Part shown: in pieces, positions 22,687 to 28,143 of the stretch
Layout: each line of letters starts with the position of its first letter
Position numbering within the stretch: position 1 is the first letter of the stretch
Origin: a virus
Lineage: Duplodnaviria; Caudoviricetes
Length of the DNA: 28,143 bases
IMG/VR virus record: IMGVR_UViG_3300014656_000102
Location: 1 to 28,143 of that record
Reading direction: 5' to 3' (one strand)
The notes under the pieces: generated by a model
The model's input: the letters and a program-made list of their open reading frames with translations, nothing else
Database searches by the model: none
Told to the model about the DNA's origin: nothing
Program-made: the position numbers and the translations under genes

Positions 22687-25600
22687 ATGGCTAGCAAGCC
22701 CGTCGGCACGATGTTTCGTTGAGCTTGACCTCGAAACCACGAAATATACTAAGGCGCAAAAAGCTATTCTTGCCGGCGCCGAGAAAAACTCTACAGATAT
22801 AAACCGGGTAATGAAAACGGTTGGGACGCATAGCGACGCGATGTATATCGCTATGCGTAAAAACATTCAAAACGCTTTGGGGTCAATCGAGCGTTCTCAC
22901 AGCTCATCGAGCGATGAAATCAGGCGGGCGAAAGCGGCGGCAGCAGTAAAGATCAAGGCAATCGATGACCAGCAATACGGGCAGCAAACATCTTTAATTG
23001 AGGGAATGAAAAAGAATTGGCTTGCGGCTTCAGTGGCAATTTATGCAGTGATGCGTGGTATCCAGGCCGCTTGGGGTTTAATGGGAGACGCGGCAAAATT
23101 TGAGCAGCAAAAAGTCGCGTTTGATAAACTTGCGGCATCATATGGCGCAAGCGGTGATAAAATAATCGCTGATTTAAATCGTATCTCCGGCGGGACAATA
23201 GACGCTATGACAGCCGTTGAAAAGGCTGGTACGGCTATGATGATGGGGATTGCCCCGGATAAAATATCAAAATTAATGGAAATAGCAAGAGCAACGGCAA
23301 AGATGACAGGTCAATCCGTTGTGAAATCTTTTGAAGATATATCGCTTGCCGTAGGCAGGCAGAGCAAAATGATTTTGGATAACCTGGGGATTATTGTTTC
23401 TGCCGGAAAAGCAAATGAGGATTACGCTGCGACGCTTGGGAAAACAGCACTACAACTCACGGACACTGAAAAGAAAACGGCCTTTTTGAACGCTACCATT
23501 ACTGCTGGCGAAGATTTAATGTCCCGCATGGGCGACCAGGGAGAAACGGCAGCTGATTCGATGGCGGTTCTCGAAGCGATAATGAAAGACGTTCGGCTCG
23601 AAATCGGCAAAATGGTCTTGCGGCTTATGGACGATATGTTGCCCGCTTTGCGCTGGACGGCAGAGGCGATTAAAACAGCCACAAAGTCTTGGGCCGAATT
23701 TTTAGACGGAGTGACTTCTGAAGATATCTTAAAAGAACAACTTGAGGAAATAAACAAAGAAATTAAAACATTAAAAAAGAATCTCGCCTTAGGGCCGAGC
23801 GTGATCGAGTTTCTTTATGGATCAGAGGATGAGGCGAGAAAACAGCTCGCCTTGTTTGAGAAGCAGGCCGAAATCGTCACTAAAAGCATCAAGACACATT
23901 GGAATGTGCGAACCGCTGCAGGTGTGAAAAGCGCAAAAGATCAAGTCGTAACCGCCCAGGGCCTAACCGAAAAACAAAAAAAGGAACTTGAAAAAAGGTT
24001 AAAAGCTGAGAAAGATGCGCAGCGGGAGATTATCGCATTTCATACTAATGCAGAGAGAGACGCAATTTGGCGATACAAAGAATATGAAGCGGATATAGTT
24101 GCGGCGGCCATAGCAGCAAATGAAGCGATCGAAGAAGACGAGCTTGATCTTGAACAACTTTATGTTGATTCTCTTGGCCGGCGTGAAATCGGATTCGGTT
24201 TGTTTATCGAGGGGATAAAACAAGGATACGGCGATTTAATTAAAATCGAAACTGATTGGAAGGTTGAAGGCGAGAGGCTTTTTTGGGAGTTTACTCGGAA
24301 CACTTCAAAGGCTTTTTCTGATTCTTTCGTCGCGGTTATCAAGGGCGATTTTGACAGCATCGGGGATGCCTGGGACGCTTTCCTCGATTCGATGATCAGG
24401 GCATTTGCTGACATGCTTGCGGATATGCTTGTGAAGTGGGCGATAAGCGGACTCGGTTCGATTCTGAGCGGTGCTTTTGGTGGCGGAGGTGGTGGCGGAG
24501 GATTTGTGCCAGACTGGGTTCCAATCATTGGATGGCTTGCACATGGTACAGGAGCGGGCGGCGTGCCACAAAGCGGTGCATATGTACTTCATACGGGCGA
24601 GATTGTTTTGACAAAAAAACAATCGGACGTCGTTAGAGCTTCGAGTGGTTTCAGCGTCGCCGGTGCGGTTGGAAGTGATACGCCAGGTGGCGGCGGCAGT
24701 ATAGATATTGGATCTAATCTAACTGGCCATAAAGGCAGTGCTCCATATAGATCGTATGAAGATCCGATATGGACCGGACCGGGTTTTGAGGAGTTTCTTG
24801 AACCTAAAGATTTTCTTACGAAAGGGATTGTGGGTGCCTTTGTAGATGCTACCGCAGAGGCTTTTAGTTTTGGTTTGCAAAGGGATCTTGGAATACGAGG
24901 TGCTTGGGCAGAGGCTGGGGCAGTTATTGGGAAAGTGATCCTTGGTGCTATTGGTTTAATAGCTGGTGGACCGGTAATGGGAGCAATGGGGGCTGTTATA
25001 GGTTCTGGAATTGGGACGGTGCTTGGTGATCTTCTTGGTGACGCTTTTAACATGCGCGAAACAGAACCCTTGAGAGATTACCTTGAACGCGAGTTCGGCT
25101 TTTTTGGTGGGCGCCACGGATTCGCAGATGATTTTTATGACAAAATCGGAACATTGTCCGATCCTTTTGGTGCCAACACTATGGCCGGATCTTTTACTGC
25201 TCAATATGGAAATTTTATTGACAAAAACAAGGAAACTTTCGAGGAATTAGGGATTGATGTCAACCAGTCGATGGTTGATGTTGCCAAAGACATTGCGAGG
25301 GCTGCCGGGTGGTCAGAGGCGGAAATCGAAGGCAGTATCAGGGACACAACGACAAGTATCGAATCAGATATCACGGCATTTTCCACAATGACCAAAGACA
25401 TGGCAGAAAATCTTGGAATAAATTTTGCTGGTATGGAAACGGCATTTGATGCCGTGGGATTCGATTTTGGAATATTTACGAGTGCAGCCATTGACGCAAT
25501 TGACACCATGATTACTGCTACAACTGATTTGGAAACATCTATAAAAGAGAAAATGGATGCGGCGATTGGGGTAATTGATACAGCAATAGGTAATGCTAAT

Positions 25601-26035
25601 GATGCTGCTGATGCTGCTAATAATGCTGGACCTGGACCTCAAGCTGGGGGTGGTGGTAACGATTATGACCCAGGAGAAGAGGGGGATGACTGGGGAGATG
25701 GAGGCAACCAAGGTGGCAGTGGTGATGCAGGTGGTGGAGGTGGAGAAAGTGATCCTGGAGATACAGAAGGAACCGGATGGCAATTTGGTGGCCGTGTTCC
25801 GAGAACGGGGCCGGGATTTTTACACGCGGGAGAGGAGGTTATCACACAAACTAACGTAAGGCGGCTTGAGAGGGCTTTTGGTAGTACTGGGGCGCCGTCC
25901 GTCGTGGGCAGACCGATGAAAATAGTTTTACAGATCGGCAGAGACGAATGGGCGGCAAACGTGAATGCAATTCGTGACGTGGAGCGAGTAAAACTTGCCA
26001 AGCGACCGGTTGGAACGCGTAGGATTTCATACTGA
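22687..26035 (+). CDS. tape measure protein with a +1 frameshift at codon 10 (long frame given as 22811-26035)
   Basis: AAGGAGG RBS at 22672-22678; MASKPVGTMF then +1 frame VELDLETTKY. Helical Ala-rich body with GRQSKMILDNLGI and C-terminal GG..H.GE motifs. Confidence 0.85.
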
Positions 26036-27036
26036 TGCTATTGGTGCAGCAAACAATAAACGCGGTGGTCAATAAGATTTCGATCGAATCCCATAATTTG
26101 GAAGCGCCGTATTACAATCGCATTTTTCAGATGGATTCATTGAACCAGGGAATTCGGAAAGCCTATGGCGGATATTTTAAAGCGGACATCGGGGGGTACG
26201 TTTTATCGCCGGAATTATTTACGGGCGATTGGCCTCCGCCGATCAACGGGGCCATATCAATGGCGTATTCAGCGATCACTGAGGCGGCAGCGGTGACGTT
26301 CCTTACAGGTACGGCGCACAGGACGATGTTTGACCGGGAGTCGGTCAAATATGACATTTACGGGGATCAAAACGATTATGTTGTACCAGACGCCACGGCA
26401 TACGCGCCGAATGATACGCTTGTTGACGTATTTACTGACCAATGCGGCGTTGCAAAAATGAACCTGACCCTTGACAGCACGCTGGCGCGAAATCCTTCTC
26501 CAGGGGTAACATACACGACCAGCGGCGAGCAGTTGGCCGTTGACTTTCTGGACGGAATAGCGGCGTTTTTCACACATATGTTTTATATTTTTGACGGCAC
26601 GCTCTACCTTATGGACATGGCAGCCAACAACGGGACCAGGACATTGACGGAAAACGATTATTTCGGACCAGTCGAGTCTCCGGTTGAATATTTCAACAAT
26701 GTTCCGTGTGCGATAGCGAAGGCCGGGGATTATTCGGCACAATCGGCTTACTATTACGGTGACGAGATATCGGAAACCGATTATACAACAGGTTCGGCTG
26801 CCGGGGTAGACGCGGCGGCGGCATTGGCGCTTATAATCACATATCAAAACAAGGATCGTTGCCGGATCGCAATACCTTTCCTGGGCGACCTGCCTGCGCC
26901 GGGTGAACAAATAACGCTGGTCGATACATCGCAGATCGTATCAACGACTATGGTTTTTAATGCCCGGATCATCCAATATGATTTTGATAATGATCAGATC
27001 ATAATCGAGGGCGAGGGGGAGGTGACGGCGACATGA
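26035..27036 (+). CDS. putative distal tail / baseplate hub protein
   Basis: TGATG overlap with the tape measure stop; position; C-terminal PGEQITLVD...ARIIQYDF. Confidence 0.55.
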   Translation: MLLVQQTINAVVNKISIESHNLEAPYYNRIFQMDSLNQGIRKAYGGYFKADIGGYVLSPELFTGDWPPPINGAISMAYSAITEAAAVTFLTGTAHRTMFDRESVKYDIYGDQNDYVVPDATAYAPNDTLVDVFTDQCGVAKMNLTLDSTLARNPSPGVTYTTSGEQLAVDFLDGIAAFFTHMFYIFDGTLYLMDMAANNGTRTLTENDYFGPVESPVEYFNNVPCAIAKAGDYSAQSAYYYGDEISETDYTTGSAAGVDAAAALALIITYQNKDRCRIAIPFLGDLPAPGEQITLVDTSQIVSTTMVFNARIIQYDFDNDQIIIEGEGEVTAT

Positions 27037-27836
27037 AAGTCCTTTATCCGAACAATTATATAACTGTGATCGAGGCGGACGAGGAAAACGCAAGTTATCC
27101 GATCACAAATGTTGAGGATAACAACACCCAAAAAGTTTGGAAGGCCACCAGTAATGACGCGGTGGTATCTTGCATTTGCACGGCAGGCGCAACGGCGATT
27201 GTCGTTTTTAACACGAATGCCACGGCGATCACGGTGGTCACGCGGCAATCACTCGGGCTTGATTGGCAACCGGCATTAGCGACCTTTGGTATCGATTGGC
27301 AGGCTTCGCTTGCGACTTTCGGAATTGATTGGGTCGAACAAACGGCGGTCACGACTACATACGACATTTCAGCGTCTTCGATCGGCCAGCTTTGGGCGGA
27401 TTTTACAACCTATGCAGAGGGATTTGTCGTTTCCTTAACATTCACTGCGGCAGCCGGGACCATCATCGAGGCGGGGATTATTCAGGCGGGGATTCCTAAA
27501 GTCTACACGGATCCGCTGTATGGAATACAGGAGGGCCTAAAGGATTATTCGATTTTAAAAGAGTTGAACAGCGGCGGGTTTTATGTGCGAAAAAGATCGG
27601 TGGCGCGAACGCTCACGTTTCGACTACTCGAAGATCGCGATGAAGATTTCTATGAATTTCTATATGATGTGGTTCAGGTGGTGGGACCTGGGCCGCTCGC
27701 GTGGAGGGTAGTGCACAAAAAATCAACGGATTGGGAATGGATTATTTTTGCACTATTTGATGGCGGGCTGCCGGCGGGATCTCACGACGACCGGATTTTC
27801 AGTTATATTGACGTGAATTTAATCGAATCGATTTGA
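27033..27836 (+). CDS. putative tail tip protein
   Basis: ATGA overlap; N-terminal ENASYPITNV....KVWKA resembles discoidin-like starts; contains an internal 11-aa repeat. Confidence 0.55.
   Translation: MKVLYPNNYITVIEADEENASYPITNVEDNNTQKVWKATSNDAVVSCICTAGATAIVVFNTNATAITVVTRQSLGLDWQPALATFGIDWQASLATFGIDWVEQTAVTTTYDISASSIGQLWADFTTYAEGFVVSLTFTAAAGTIIEAGIIQAGIPKVYTDPLYGIQEGLKDYSILKELNSGGFYVRKRSVARTLTFRLLEDRDEDFYEFLYDVVQVVGPGPLAWRVVHKKSTDWEWIIFALFDGGLPAGSHDDRIFSYIDVNLIESI
27255..27332 (+). repeat. 33-bp / 11-aa degenerate coding tandem repeat
   Basis: GLDWQPALATF-GIDWQASLATF-GIDW. Confidence 0.85.
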
Positions 27837-27844
27837 GGTGAGAT

Positions 27845-28143
27845 ATGGCAACACCAAAAGGATGGTATGGAACAGCATTGATAGGAGGCGGGGCTGATTC
27901 GCTTGATGCGATAGACGGCGATTCGCTGACAGATAAGGATGTCGCAAAGGTTTTTGCGGGCAATGTCCATTATGAATATATTCTCGACGCCGACGGTGGT
28001 GCTGGCGAGTCTTCGCCCGATGTCATTGTTCCGGATGCAAATCCGGGTACTAAGAATTGGGTCTTGCAACAGGCGTATGGAGCTTTTGTTCAACAAGTCT
28101 ATGCGTCGCTTGCGACTGTGCAGACCGGCACCACGGCAATGCC
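27845..28143 (+). CDS. putative tail fibre protein, N-terminal part (runs off the window)
   Basis: GAGGTG RBS; MATPKGWYGTALIGGGADSLDAIDGDSL...GESSPDVIVPDANPGTKNW; no stop before the window end. Confidence 0.6.
   Translation, partial: MATPKGWYGTALIGGGADSLDAIDGDSLTDKDVAKVFAGNVHYEYILDADGGAGESSPDVIVPDANPGTKNWVLQQAYGAFVQQVYASLATVQTGTTAM

Noticed and set aside
22595-22687. 30-aa ORF bridging the gp10-like and tape measure genes
   Set aside because: It overlaps both neighbours by one base, but it is very short with no recognisable motif. It may only be a coupling peptide, so it was not called.
14815-28143. Diversity-generating retroelement or invertible tail-fibre cassette
   Set aside because: No reverse transcriptase, recombinase, template/variable repeat pair or flanking inverted repeats were seen in the window.

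Overview
This window is the packaging, head and tail morphogenesis arm of an HK97-fold, long non-contractile-tailed (siphovirus-type) phage or prophage, almost all on the + strand. Gene order: ParB-like protein, ABC-ATPase/GNAT fusion, a small convergent minus-strand operon (hypothetical, broken Cys-rich ORF, ribbon-helix-helix, ASCH), TerS, TerL, free-standing GIY-YIG/NUMOD3 endonuclease, HTH protein, portal with a LAGLIDADG intein, ClpP-type head protease, major capsid, an HNH relic, an unusually long block of accessory head genes, and a head-tail connector with nested domain insertions. These are followed by head closure, tail terminator, two glycosyltransferase/methyltransferase fusions, major tail protein, tail assembly chaperone with a -1 slippery site, HK97 gp10-like protein, tape measure with a +1 frameshift at codon 10, and distal tail genes, the last one truncated by the window. 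The best candidates for novel biology are the mirror-image GT-MT / MT-GT cassette inside the neck/tail operon (possible methylated virion glycan), the ParB + ABC-GNAT + ASCH locus next to the terminase, and modular domain shuffling among head and neck proteins. All family calls come from motif recognition by eye; no searches were run.
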